Shown here: positions 24,850-37,000 of the stretch, piece by piece
Numbering within the stretch: position 1 is the first letter of the stretch
Layout of the letters: each line of letters starts with the position of its first letter
Source of the DNA: Octopus bimaculoides
Lineage: Eukaryota
Length of the DNA stretch: 54,019 nucleotides
NCBI RefSeq assembly: GCF_001194135.2
Contig: NC_069006.1
Span: forward strand, 4,414,259-4,468,277
Direction: 5' to 3'
Notes under the pieces: generated by a model
Told to the model about the DNA's origin: nothing
The model's input: only the letters and a program-made list of their open reading frames with translations
Databases searched by the model: none
Made by a program: the position numbers and the translations under genes

Positions 24850-25446
24850 TATAAAACATTTAATAAACTATGCTGTATGTTATACTTGCATAATGAAATA
24901 TGGTGTGCTTACAAATCATTAGTATGACCATATGACTACTCCACCAACTGTAGCGCCTATGGCTCCTGTTAAGGCTCAGCTTGTGTGTGAAATATGTTTG
25001 ATAAGTCAAATTGGTATATCCAATAATGGTATATCCAATAATAGTCGAAAGCTCTGCATACCGGAAGCCAGCAAGTGTCTCCTGATGACCCCATACACTT
25101 GCTGGCTTCTGGTATGCGGAGATTTCGACTGGTAACACTTGCATGTGCAAGTTGTTTGCAAAACGTTGAAGTGGCTGTTTAAGTAATGAGTTCATGGATG
25201 GTTAATGAGTTGGATGGATGCTGATGAAGGATGCTGAAGAATTTGTGCAATATGGCATATACACCAATTACCCATTTTTCATCTTTGATCTCATTATTGC
25301 TTACATTAGGGGTACATGGATACAAAATGTTGTAATAAAATCAATGCTGGTTACAATTTCTATCGAAATCTGTAGAGACAAGTCTAACAAGTGAATGTTA
25401 TTTAACTTTATATTTATTTTACTTTTTTACTTTTACTTCAATCTAG

Positions 25447-26295
25447 ATGTTTCCTCTGAAAATGCAGACAAGAAAAGAGGACTTCGAAGAAAATTGGAGA
25501 GAAACGTGAATTCAGTTTATGCCAAGCGGTCGCTGTCGGATGCGAAACAAGAAAGTGTTACAAAGAAATTCAAGAAAACCAAAAGAGACAAATCTTATAG
25601 TTCCCAAACCTCAAAGAACACACCTTCCCGCAGTACTTCAACATCCACCAGGAGGCTCTCATCTGAGAGGAGGAATTCTGACAGACAACATTGGTTGGGT
25701 ACCAGAGTCACAGAGAACAACAAAACCGGCAAAATGCCACCATTGTCCACAGAGAATAAACAAGAGAAATCTAATGATGACGAAAAGTTCTACTATTATT
25801 TTGAGACACAATCAAGTCATATCATAGAAGAGAAAGGTACCAAATTATATGGATGTGAGGTGTGCAAAGGTGTTTACCGTTATGCTTTCAGTCTGAAGCG
25901 CCATTTTCTTCGGAACCATATAAACGTTAAGTATTTATCGGAGGCTGACATTTCAAACTGCATGATCAATGTTGCCCAGCAAGACTTGATTGCTAAACGT
26001 CATGCATCAGGCAAGCGCCTGAAGAGCAATTGTGCTGCAGCTGGTAGCCCTCGCGTCTCGATGCAGGCTAACTTTGTATCAAAAAGTGTGAGTCAATCAG
26101 AATTGTATCGCTGTAGTCTTTGCAGCGAACTCTTCGACTATAAAGAAGATCTTGTAGAACACACGCATAACCATATGACTGCTCCACCAACTGTAGCGCC
26201 TATGGCTCCTGTTAAGGCTCAGCTTGCGTGTGAAATTTGTGGTATGAAGTTCACCTACAAACAGAACTTGATACGGCACCAGGCTGTCCATTCTG
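25447..26295 (+). CDS. PRDM2: Internal 849-nt coding exon with a basic N-terminal region and three C2H2 fingers (YGCEVC..HFLRNH, YRCSLC..HTHNH, LACEIC..HQAVH)
   Basis: Pyrimidine-rich acceptor ttttacttcaatctag| and donor tctg|gtaagt. The frame is open across the exon (ORF track 25395-26504). Phase 1 at both ends. Confidence 0.9.
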
Positions 26296-26360
26296 GTAAG
26301 TTTTATTCATTTGTTCATTTGTGTGTGTGTGAGAGGGAGAGAGTGTATGTGTGTGTGTAT

Positions 26361-27740
26361 ATAGTTGAATCACTACCAGAACTAGAGAAGTTACAGGTAT
26401 GGAAGCAAGGTCTAGAATTGAGGGGCCTTAGAGTTAACCTAGCAAAAACCAAAGTCTTAGTAAGTAGGAAGGCAGACAAATCACAAGTCCCTTCAGGTAG
26501 ATGACCCTGTTTGATTTGTAGAAAAGGCGTAGGTAGAAACTCCATAAGATGTACCCAGTGTAAGCTTTGGACACATAAGGGGCACAGCAATATCAGAGGA
26601 AGGTTAACAGGAAGAATAGCTTTTGTGTGTGGAAGATGCACAGGAGCAATAAACACTGAAAATGTGCAGAGAATAGACTCCATCATATGGGGTGGGGGTA
26701 AGCTAGAAGTATTATAAAGCTTCTGTTATCTAGGTGACCAAGTTAGTAGCGGAAGGGGATACTTCAAGAGCATAGCTGTGAGAATAAGATTACGCTCGGC
26801 AAAGTTCAGAGAACTCCTTCCTCTGCTGGCAACAAAGGGCATCTCTTTCAGAGTGAAAAGTAGATTGTATGATGCCTGTGTGCAAACGGCTATGCTACAC
26901 AGCAGTGAAACATGGGCTGTGACATCCAAGGACATGTATAGGCTTGAAAGAAATGAAGCCAGTATGATTCACTGGATGTGCAATGTCAGTGTGCATGTTC
27001 GATAGAGTGTAAGCATCTTGAGAGAAAAGTTGGGCATAAGAGGCATCAAATGTGGTGTGCAAAAGAGATGATTGCACTGGTATGGTCATGTGATGCATAT
27101 GGATGTGGATAACTGTGTAATGAAGTTCCAGTCTCTAACTGTTGAGGGAACCCAGAAAGACATGGGATGAGGTGGTGACGCATGATCTTCAAACTTTGGA
27201 CCTCACAGAGGCAATGACTAGTAACCAAAACTTTTGGCAATATGCTATGCTTGAGAAGACCTGTCATGCCAAGTGAAATTTTGGTCATGGCTAATGCTGA
27301 TGTCACATAAATGGCACCCATGCCAGTGGCACATAGAATGCACCTTTCAAGCGTTGAGCTTCACGGAATCAAAGTGGCCGATACTGGTGGCACATGGAAC
27401 TTTTCATGTGCCACCAGCATCAGCCACTTTCAACTGCTGGGCCTCATGGAGGCAATGACCAAAACCTTTGGCATTGTGTCATGCGTGAGAAGACCCATCA
27501 AGCCAAGTAAAATTGCAGTCATGGCAGATATCAGCATCACACAAATGGCACCTGTGCCAATGGAACGTAAAAGCACCCATTACACTCTTGGATTGGTTGG
27601 CACTAGGAAGGGCATTCAGCCATAGAAACTATGCCAAATCAGACTGGAGTTTGGTGCAGCCTACCAGATTACCAGCCCTGGTTAAACTGTCCGACCCATG
27701 CCAAGATGGACAACAGATGCTAAATGATGATGATAATGAA
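26361..27740 (+). mobile_element. 5'-truncated RTE-clade LINE (3' part of ORF2 plus a 3' UTR with ~155-bp repeats and a GAT tail)
   Basis: LRVNLAKTK, CRKGVGRNSIRCTQCKLWTH..FVCGRC, FCYLGD, LYDACVQTAMLHSSETW, and W.GHVMHMD are RTE ORF2 motifs. Frameshifted. Confidence 0.9.
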
Positions 27741-28204
27741 ATATATATAAACATACTTTTCTATTAGCAATTATCAATAATGGAACAAAGTCGTGAGGAT
27801 TTTTGGTTGATATCTGATGAGAAATAAGCATGTCCATGTCTTTTGAGTGTTTTACCTATCTTCTGTATGCCCCTTTGTTGTCTTTTCACGCAAATTTTTT
27901 ACTCATTATCATCATCATCGTAATCATGATCATTTAACATACGTTTTCCATACTGGCATGGATTGGACGGTTTGACAGGAGCTGGCCAGCCAGCTGAAGA
28001 GCTGTCCAGGCTCCATGTCTGTTTTGGCATGGTTTCTATGGCTGTGTGCCCTTAATGCCAACCATTTTGCAGAATGTACTGGGTGCTTTGACACAGCACC
28101 GAAACAGGTGTGTTTACATGGTACCAGCACCCATGTGCCTGCAAGATTAGGAATGCTTAGCTGGAGAGGGATGTCGGGGACATGCCTGTATGCAAGGACA
28201 ACAT

Positions 28205-28455
28205 CAATTATACTTAGCTTGATGTGTCCTTTCAAGCACATCAAACTGCCAGAATTCTCAGTCTCTTGTCATCCCTTCTGTGAGGCCCAATGTCTGAAGA
28301 TCTTTTCTTCTCACCACTTCATCCCACATCTTCCTAGGTCTACCCCTTCCACACGTTCCCTCCACAATTAGAGATCGGCACCTCTTGATGCAACTATCAT
28401 TATTCATATGCATCGCATGACCCTACCACTGCAGTCTTCTCTCTTGCACACATCT
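28205..28455 (-). mobile_element. RTE LINE 3'-end fragment
   Basis: Minus strand reads VQERRLQW*GHAMHMNNDSCIKRCRSLIVEGTCGRGRPRKMWDEVV. Confidence 0.8.
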
Positions 28456-29365
28456 GATGCTTTCTCTCAAATCACTCGCACTCTGTCATACAGTCACACT
28501 GACATGACCCATCCACTGGAGCATGCTGGTTATATATAAACACACACACATATAGGTGGTGCACGTGTGGCTGTGTGGTAAGAAGCTTGTTCCCCAATCA
28601 CATGGCTCCAGGTTCAGTCCCACTGCATGGCATTTTTGGCAAATGTCTTATACTATAGCCTCTGGAAGACCAAAGCCATGTGAGTTGATTTGTTAGGCGG
28701 AAACTGAAAGAAGCCTGTGTGTATATGTATGTATATATATNNNNNNNNNNNNNNNNNNNNNNNNNNNNNNNNNNNNNNNNNNNNNNNNNNNNNNNNNNNN
28801 NNNNNNNNNNNNNNNNNNNNNNNNNNNNNNNNNNNNNNNNNNNNNNNNNNNNNNNNNNNNNNNNNNNNNNNNNNNNNNNNNNNNNNNNNNNNNNNNNNNN
28901 NNNNNNNNNNNNNNNNNNNNNNNNNNNNNNNNNNNNNNNNNNNNNNNNNNNNNNNNNNNNNNNNNNNNNNNNNNNNNNNNNNNNNNNNNNNNNNNNNNNN
29001 NNNNNNNNNNNNNNNNNNNNTATATAATATATAATATAAAAAAAGATGGATGGTACAATGAAATGAAGTATTGAATGTCTTATTGAATATATGGAATATG
29101 TCTTATTGAATATATGAAATATTGAGTGTTCAATATAAAGGATTAAATATATAAATATATAAAGGCGAATACGTATTTTCTATACCTTGTGGTATTTCAT
29201 CATGGCCAGTATGACAGACTGTAACAGACTATATCCCACATAAATTTTACAAGAATATAAATAAAAAACATAAAAAACAGACAGAGTTGGAACTCTTTTA
29301 AACAAAATAATATATTCCTCTATACACGATCATACAAAACCCTTTTTTTTGTATTTATTTTTACT

Positions 29366-29399
<34 letters not shown>

Positions 29400-30460
29400 C
29401 AGGGTACAATGGGTAAATTGTTGCCATTTTATATTTTTTTACTTTGCACATGTGCATTGTCTTTGATTTTGGGAACTACACAGTATAGTAGGGTCAGTTG
29501 GGCACTGTCTGCGAGAAAAACAGCACCATGATGCAATTCACCCTGCCAGAAATTTGGAATCAACATGCTGTACTGCTTGGCATTCATGCAGGAAGCTCCA
29601 ATATGAACATTTAAAAGTGTTTGGGTGTCAATCTGAGGACATGTTCTGAGAGTGATAAAAATCAAACACCCAGTCAACATCATGGTGTTGGGAGTGATCA
29701 CTAGTGATGGCGATGTTATGCCTCCATTCATCTTACCACATGGACTCAGACTCAACACGGAGACCTACATCAAGTGCCCGGAGGAGGTAGTGCTGCCCTG
29801 GGTCAAGAGAGNNNNNNNNNNNNNNNNNNNNNNNNNNNNNNNNNNNNNNNNNNNNNNNNNNNNNNNNNNNNNNNNNNNNNNNNNNNNNNNNNNNNNNNNN
29901 NNNNNNNNNNNNNNNNNNNNNNNNNNNNNNNNNNNNNNNNNNNNNNNNNNNNNNNNNNNNNNNNNNNNNNNNNNNNNNNNNNNNNNNNNNNNNNNNNNNN
30001 NNNNNNNNNNNNNNNNNNNNNNNNNNNNNNNNNNNNNNNNNNNNNNNNNNNNNNNNNNNNNNNNNNNNNNNNNNNNNNNNNNNNNNNNNNNNNNNNNNNN
30101 NNNNNNNNNNNNNNNNNNNNNNNNGGAGAACCCAGGAATGGCTATCAGACAATTTCTGCGACCACATCACCCCTAACATCTGGCCACCCAACTCCCCAGA
30201 CTGCAACCCCCTTGATTATTATGTGTGGGGCACAGTTGAGCGAGAAACAAACAAAACTCCTTGTAACAGCAAAGATGAACTGGAGGCAAGGATTATGGCA
30301 GCATTCGCCAACTTAAACAAGGAGACCGTCCTGAAGAGTTGCAGGAGATTCCGAAGTCGTCTGGAGGCCGTTGTTGAAGCGAACGGCGATTTTGTTGAAT
30401 AAATTTACTCTTTATTATCAAAAGATATTTTAATGTAATTTTGGTATCCATCGCATCCTG
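29400..30460 (+). mobile_element. Tc1/mariner superfamily element of maT (DD37D)-like type, internally deleted and spanning an assembly gap
   Basis: TA|CAGGGT left end and CATCCTG|TA right end. Translates as HPVNIMVLGVITSDGDVMPPFI..YIK..EEVVLPW and WPPNSPDCNPLDYYVWG..ERETNK..RFRSRLEAVVEANGDFVE*. The D-D spacing is hidden by the N gap. Confidence 0.85.
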
Positions 30461-30568
30461 TATGCACACACACACACGGACACACACATTCACTCTTATA
30501 TAATTTTTATGTATATTATTTTTTTCCCTATTTTTTAAATTATTTTTTCTCTCTCTTCCTAATTTCAG

Positions 30569-31051
30569 GAAACTTGCCCTTCCAGTGTGAGTACTGTCAG
30601 CGGTCGTTTCCGACTCTAATCAGCAAGAAACAACACATTCGCATCCATGTACACAACAAGAACAAGAATAAGGTTGTCAGCACAAGTAACAACAACAACA
30701 GCAACAACAAGAACAAGACCAGTAAGAACAACAGCACCCCTGTCCCCGCGTCCAGTACTACCACTACTACTATTTCTGTTACCACTGTTAATACCACCAC
30801 CCTTACAAACACTGCTACTGTCACTACAGCTGCTACTACTATATCTACATCTACTACAACTACTACTCCCTGTAGCAGCACCACCACCGCTGCCAGCATC
30901 ACCACTACGAAATCCACCAGCAGTAATCAGGCCAAAGCTTCATCAAGCGACTGTGGCAGCAGCACTAACGACGACAACAACAACAACAGCAGCAGTGACA
31001 TGGCCACCACCATCAACAGCAGTAGTAACAATAACAACAGTAGCAGTAGTG

Positions 31052-31087
<36 letters not shown>

Positions 31088-34000
31088 ATAGTAGTAGCAG
31101 TAATGGTAGTAGTTCTGGTCACAGTAGTAAATCAGCGTCTGTCCAATCTACATCTAGAACCACTACGAAAGCAGAACCGGAATCGGTAGATGATCTCCAG
31201 TGTAAAATCTGTGGCAAAGTTTTCTCTTGCTCATCATTCCTCATGAAACACATTGTATGTATGCACAACGGTGCTATGAAGCGCAAAGCAAATCAGAACC
31301 GAAAAGCAGCGAACAATCAAAAAGAATCTACTTCACAAACCATAAAACAAGAGCCTGGAACGGAAAGCCAGGTTAACCCTTCCAAAGAAAATATAACTGT
31401 AAAACCCTCGAAGCAGACCTCAAAAAAGAAGTGTAAATTCAAATACATCTGTACTGTTTGTAAACGCAAGTTCAGGTCATATGTCCAGATGTGCAAACAT
31501 AGACGTTCTGCTCATTCTAAGGTTAATGTCAGTGATAACAATCCTGCGTATTACGACATAGAACAAACTGATTTTGAAAATGAGTTGCTTCCAGGTGACT
31601 TTGAGGCTCCGTACCTTGAACCAAAGGATGTCGCCGAAAACGTCGCGCGGAATCTTTGTTGTTATATCGATGGTCGTGTCGATTCCTTCTCTGATTTTAG
31701 TAAATATGTAAAAGTCAAAGATTACACATCTTTGTTAGAACATGATCCAGAATATTTAAAACAAGAGTCTGATGCTATTTGGTCTGAATATAATTTCCCT
31801 TCCTCTTTCAAGACTGAAAATGAAATTTGCATATGTACAAAAAGTGAAGAATCGCCTTCTCTAAAGCATTTAAATTCTCAGGAATGTTCTCCAAAAACCT
31901 CAGTGAAAAATCAGAACGAATCAAGTTGTCAGTTGGATTCTCATTCTTCAAATGATCCGGAGGTTGATTCAAAACTGATGGACGATAGCTCACCCTGTGA
32001 TCAACAAACATTGACTTTAGCTACTCCTACCACATCAATACCTGTTACAAATGTCGTTAAGAATCACTTCTTGTCCCATTGTGGCCTTGATCTTGTGGAT
32101 AATGCACCTAGTTTGCATCCAGCAAATGAGGGGACAGCAAATACTGAGAATATCTGTGATAATTCTATCTACCCTCCTCTTTCTTCAGCCTCAGTTCCAT
32201 GTCTTGATTCTAGTTGTAAGCCAGCAGTTTGTTCAGGATTTCTAGCAACAAGTGATGCTTCCCTGAACCCGAAACCAGTAATTACTACATCTGTTCCCAC
32301 ATTGAGTCCTCCCACGTTTTCTTATTCTTCTGCACAACCAGAACCATCACTTTCAAAAGAAGATACAGAAAAACAAACCATTTCACCAGGAGACTCTTCT
32401 AATGATGGCAGCAATAATAACTATGCTAGTGTACAAGAAACACAAGAGTTTGTTTCAGATTCGGTTCCAAAACAGGTTCAATTTCAAAGTGCCTCTGTAG
32501 TACATAAGTATCCTACATGTCCCAAAACATTGTGCCATACTGCTTCCTCAAAGCAAGATGTTACAAATCCAGACTCATTGAAAACATGTGGTGCAAATTG
32601 TAATGAAATCTATGCAACTGTTGTGCCAAAAGTTGAGGGTCCTTGTCTTCAGTCAACCTCAAAGAACGATGACAAGAAGCCAAATGGATTACAACAGCAA
32701 TCTTGTTTGCATAATTGCAGCCAGTCTTCCACCCTGCTTAAGAATTCTGAAGTGGGTAAGGTTTCCACAGTGACGCCAACCTTTGACAGTGAATCAACCA
32801 AAGTTAACCGAGTCCTTAAATGTGGCCAGAAAGATGTCCTTTTTAGTGGACCACACATGATGACTGCCCACATTCACGAGAGAGGTCATTTGGTTTTGGA
32901 GTTTGGTAACGAAAATGAAATATCATCAAAAATTAAAAACAGTTCCAATGTCCGTCATGAAGAGCCACAGAAAGCATTTTCTTTGAAATCTTCGAGTTCT
33001 GTTAAAAAATCCAAAAAGAACCAAAATCTTTTAGATTTCAGTATCCAGCATATTGTTAAGAGTCGTGTTGAAGATTATAAGAAGTTTATGTTAGAAAATC
33101 ATATGTGGCCTATTGAAGTTAGCAGTGCCAGCCAAGTAGAAAATGGTGAAAACAAAGATTCTAACTTTATTAATTATCCCCAATATGACATTCCTACTAG
33201 ATTAGAGAAAGTAATTGACAAAAACTACAGTGATTCCGAAAAAATTTCCACCTTTATTAAAAGTGGTCTTCTGCCTTGTGAAAACTTGAAGGACTTAGAG
33301 AATTGTTTCCGTGGCGCCTGCTTTCAGAGCTGGAACTGTGAAGTACTCGATTACGATAAGATTGCTTTTGGTAAGCAAGGAATTGTTAATTTGATCTGTT
33401 CAGTGTGCCACAAACATTTTTTAGATTTGGATTCTTTGCTGCGACACCAACTGCATCGGCATCCCAGTATTGAGTGCAACTTTCTGGAAGTAGAACTTGG
33501 CCAGAGCATAGTCGCCTTGCACTACCCAACTCCTACCATCAAAGGCGTCCTTTGTTCTCCAAATATTGACCTTAGTGCCTCCAAAACCTTAGAGACCTAC
33601 AAATGCTCCAAATGTCGAAATCTGTTTCCGACTGTCTCTCGTCTCCATTCGCATATAATACGATGTGCTTCTAATCTGGACAATATGCTTACTACCAGTA
33701 ATTCTAAAATGGGCAAAAGGAAGTACAAGAAGCGCTTAAAGAAACGGCTCCGCGATGTGTTGAATGGTTCCAATACTTTTAAATTCCGATTGAAAGACTT
33801 TGCTGGATATGATCCGACTATTTTCCGAGAAAATCATACAACCCGAAGGAAGTTGGCCGACTGCGAGAACAGTAAGGTCACTTATATTGATGATGACCAT
33901 GACAAAAACCGTAAACGTCGTGGCCATGACTTGTCTTATGATCCTAAAAATCATGTTAGGCGAAGAGAATCAGTTGAGGTAATTGAAACACATCAGTGCC

Positions 34001-37000
34001 GGGGTTGTAGCATAAAGTTCAAGTCTCTGCCCTCACTTGAGAGACATGCCCCCAATTGTTCACATAAGGACAAACTTCAAAACCTCAAAGTACTCGAAGG
34101 TACTGCCCCTACACCACCAGTAAAATCAAAACCCCAACATAGATGTCACTACTGCAGCAAGCAGTTCACTTATCCTAAAAGCCTTTGTAATCATTATGTA
34201 AATTTATGTTCAGCTCGGAACCAACAAGAGAAATCTGGGACTCTTTCTGTGGAGGATCTTCAGAAAGAAGCAGCCGTTGCAAGATTGGTACAGCAAGAGG
34301 AAAAAGAGAAAGTGTCAGAGGTTCAAATTCCTGCTGAGAATAAGCCAGATGAAACAGAACAAAGCCCTAATTGTAAAGGTGTGAAAAGGAAATTGTCCAA
34401 GAATAATTTTTCTTGGACTTCAATAAAGAAGAAAAAGAATGAAAACTCCGAAAAGGCAAGTAGTGATGTTGAAAATGAAGATGAGGAGGAAGAAGAAGAA
34501 GATGAAGAAGAAGAAGAAGAAGAAGAAGAAGAGGAGGAGTTGGAGGAAGGAGAGGATGCCCTTGAATATGATAATGATGATGCTTCAGAAGAGAAGGAGG
34601 ATTGGTTGGCATTTAAGGGTGAAGTCAAAGAGGAGACTCAATCTTCATTGCATCATGACGATGAGGTTCCTGAAGGCAATGTTTGCAGAACGAAAGCTAA
34701 GTCTTCTGATGCTTGCCTAGAAGAACTCTTAGTAGAGAAGAAACCGTTGTTACATTCAAAAACCGTTGAAGAAAGTTCACAAAATGCTCTCAGCAAACAA
34801 TTGCGGAATTCAAATGTTGTAGAGAAACCATGCAATGTTACAAACAGTGAAATAAAATTGTCAACAAATAACATAGCCTGTAAAACTGAGACGTCTTATG
34901 AGCACCAAGGTGCTTACAAGAATATCTTGGAATCCGAACTGTATAAACAACTGACTAAACAAACTATGTTTGTCAGTGCTGCAGACAGTTCAAATGCAAA
35001 CGTTAAGCAGGAACCGAGGGACGTGGAATTAGCAGAAGCTTCAGTGACCGACGCCCAACCTTCTGTGTTTGAAGACCAATTGAATGAAGAGACTTCAAAA
35101 TCAGAAACTCAACTTGATGATGGAATCAATAGTCAGGCTTCAACAGTTGATATTGCAATTGAAAGATCAGAAGTTGTTCAAGAAATCCAAACAAGTGCAA
35201 TTTGTGATCAGGAAGAGGTGAAACCGAATTCTTTAGTGGTGCAGCTACCTGTTGAAATAGCTAATAAAACATCAGAAGATGGCCAAGATGTAAAATTACC
35301 AGAAAATGACACAGGAGACACAGACAATCAGCATCATTCTCTGCCTGAAGAATCTCCAGAAGAAGCAGACAAGGAATTCGGTGATGAAAGCAGCAGAGCT
35401 ACACAGTGTCATGTTAGTGATTCACTTCCCAAAGACACGTCAGCTGAAGTACCACAAATAACATCAGAAAGTCCTCTTACAGATGATGCTGGTACTTCCG
35501 ATGCATCTTATGTTTTAATGCCAAGCGAGTTTCTTTCTGGACAGCCCACGGTTAGAAATAATGGAGAAACAGTATCTTTATCTGGCAGCACCAATGTTGT
35601 AGCAGCAGAAAGAAATACAAGCAGTGTAAACGCCGAGGCTGAAGGTACCAAAGAAGCGGCAGATGTTCCTCTCTTACAGTTCTGTACTGATGGTTCTACA
35701 GTGGTTTTGTGGCCGGTTGGGATGGGAGGACTACCAAGCGGATTTAAGCCAGTTGTTGATAGAACATTAGGTATGACCATCCCTGAACTTCAGTTGAACC
35801 TCACAAACAGCAGTGACTCGGTTAGTTCAACATCAGTTTGTGAGAAAACAGCTACTGACAACAGTGTCTCTTCTGATATTGAGCCACTGCCCAAAGAAGT
35901 AGAAAGTCCAGCTACAGCAAATGAGTCTAATCTAAGTTTGGTTATTGATGACGGGGCTAAAATGCAGGACAGTGGTACAGAGAGACCGAGTGAAACAGTT
36001 AAATACCTTCTGACTCACCCAGCAGGACAAGATGCAGAAGGTTGTCAATCTCCATCTGCGGACAAGTTTGTACCACATGATGCTGATTTGTCAAAAGTAC
36101 AAATTGTGAGAGAGCCTGTCGAGAAGCACATCATGCGCAGCATTTTAAACAAGCCGCCTTTGGCAGCCCCTACTGCTACGTGGGATATGCTGGGAAATTC
36201 AACTTCGGCAGGACCCGTTATTAATTCTTCGTTAATTCCACTTCCTTCAGATAACTCTGCAGAAAGTACGTCTACTTCATGTGAATGTAACCCTGTTTTA
36301 AATCAGTCATTTCCTACAAATGTCGAAGTGAGTTGTGGATCTGAAAACATCAGCTTAAAAACATCTCAATTGATCTCTGATACAACTGTTGACACAACTA
36401 CAAATTATAAACCGAAGGAGAGTTCATCTTACTGTGACAGTGAGACACCCTTACTGGAAGCTACGTTGATACCTAAGTTGGAAACAGACAGCTTTGTTAC
36501 GGTGAATTCTACCTCTAAAGAACTTGATTCCACGACTTCTACAAAAACGCAATGTACTGGGTGTGATGTGAAACATGATAAGGCCATTTCATGTCCAACT
36601 GCAGGTTCCTGCTCAGTGAGCAACACATTCATTTCATCTGCTGAGGATTCTCATAGCAATGTTTTAAATGATCATCAAGAACCAGTGTCTGTGACAACAT
36701 CTGAATCATTGGAAAATGTTTCTCAACATGATTCCGAAACAGAGACAGATGGTCCTTCATGTGAAGTGACATCTTTGTCAGCTGATGTAACTGGTTCAGA
36801 GACTGAGACACTTTCTGCAAATGACTGTAGCTTGAACACTTCAACAAGCAACAATTCTACTGAGGAGTGCATTGTGGAAAAAAGCAGCATTTTTGAAGAA
36901 ATTACTGACAGCAACAAAACTGTGATGATTGAAGAAAGTTTGTCTGGTACAGAGATCTCTGTGTTGAATGAACCAATAGTAGCTATCTCTGAAAACCAAG

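Noticed and set aside
25395-26504. 369-aa ORF as a stand-alone gene
   Set aside because: Its ends are intronic: a pyrimidine tract at the 5' side and a TG repeat plus LINE at the 3' side. The true exon is 25447-26295.
30574-30576. TTG start of the 3565-aa ORF
   Set aside because: A good acceptor lies 5 nt upstream, and splicing restores the zinc-finger linker. This is not a start codon.
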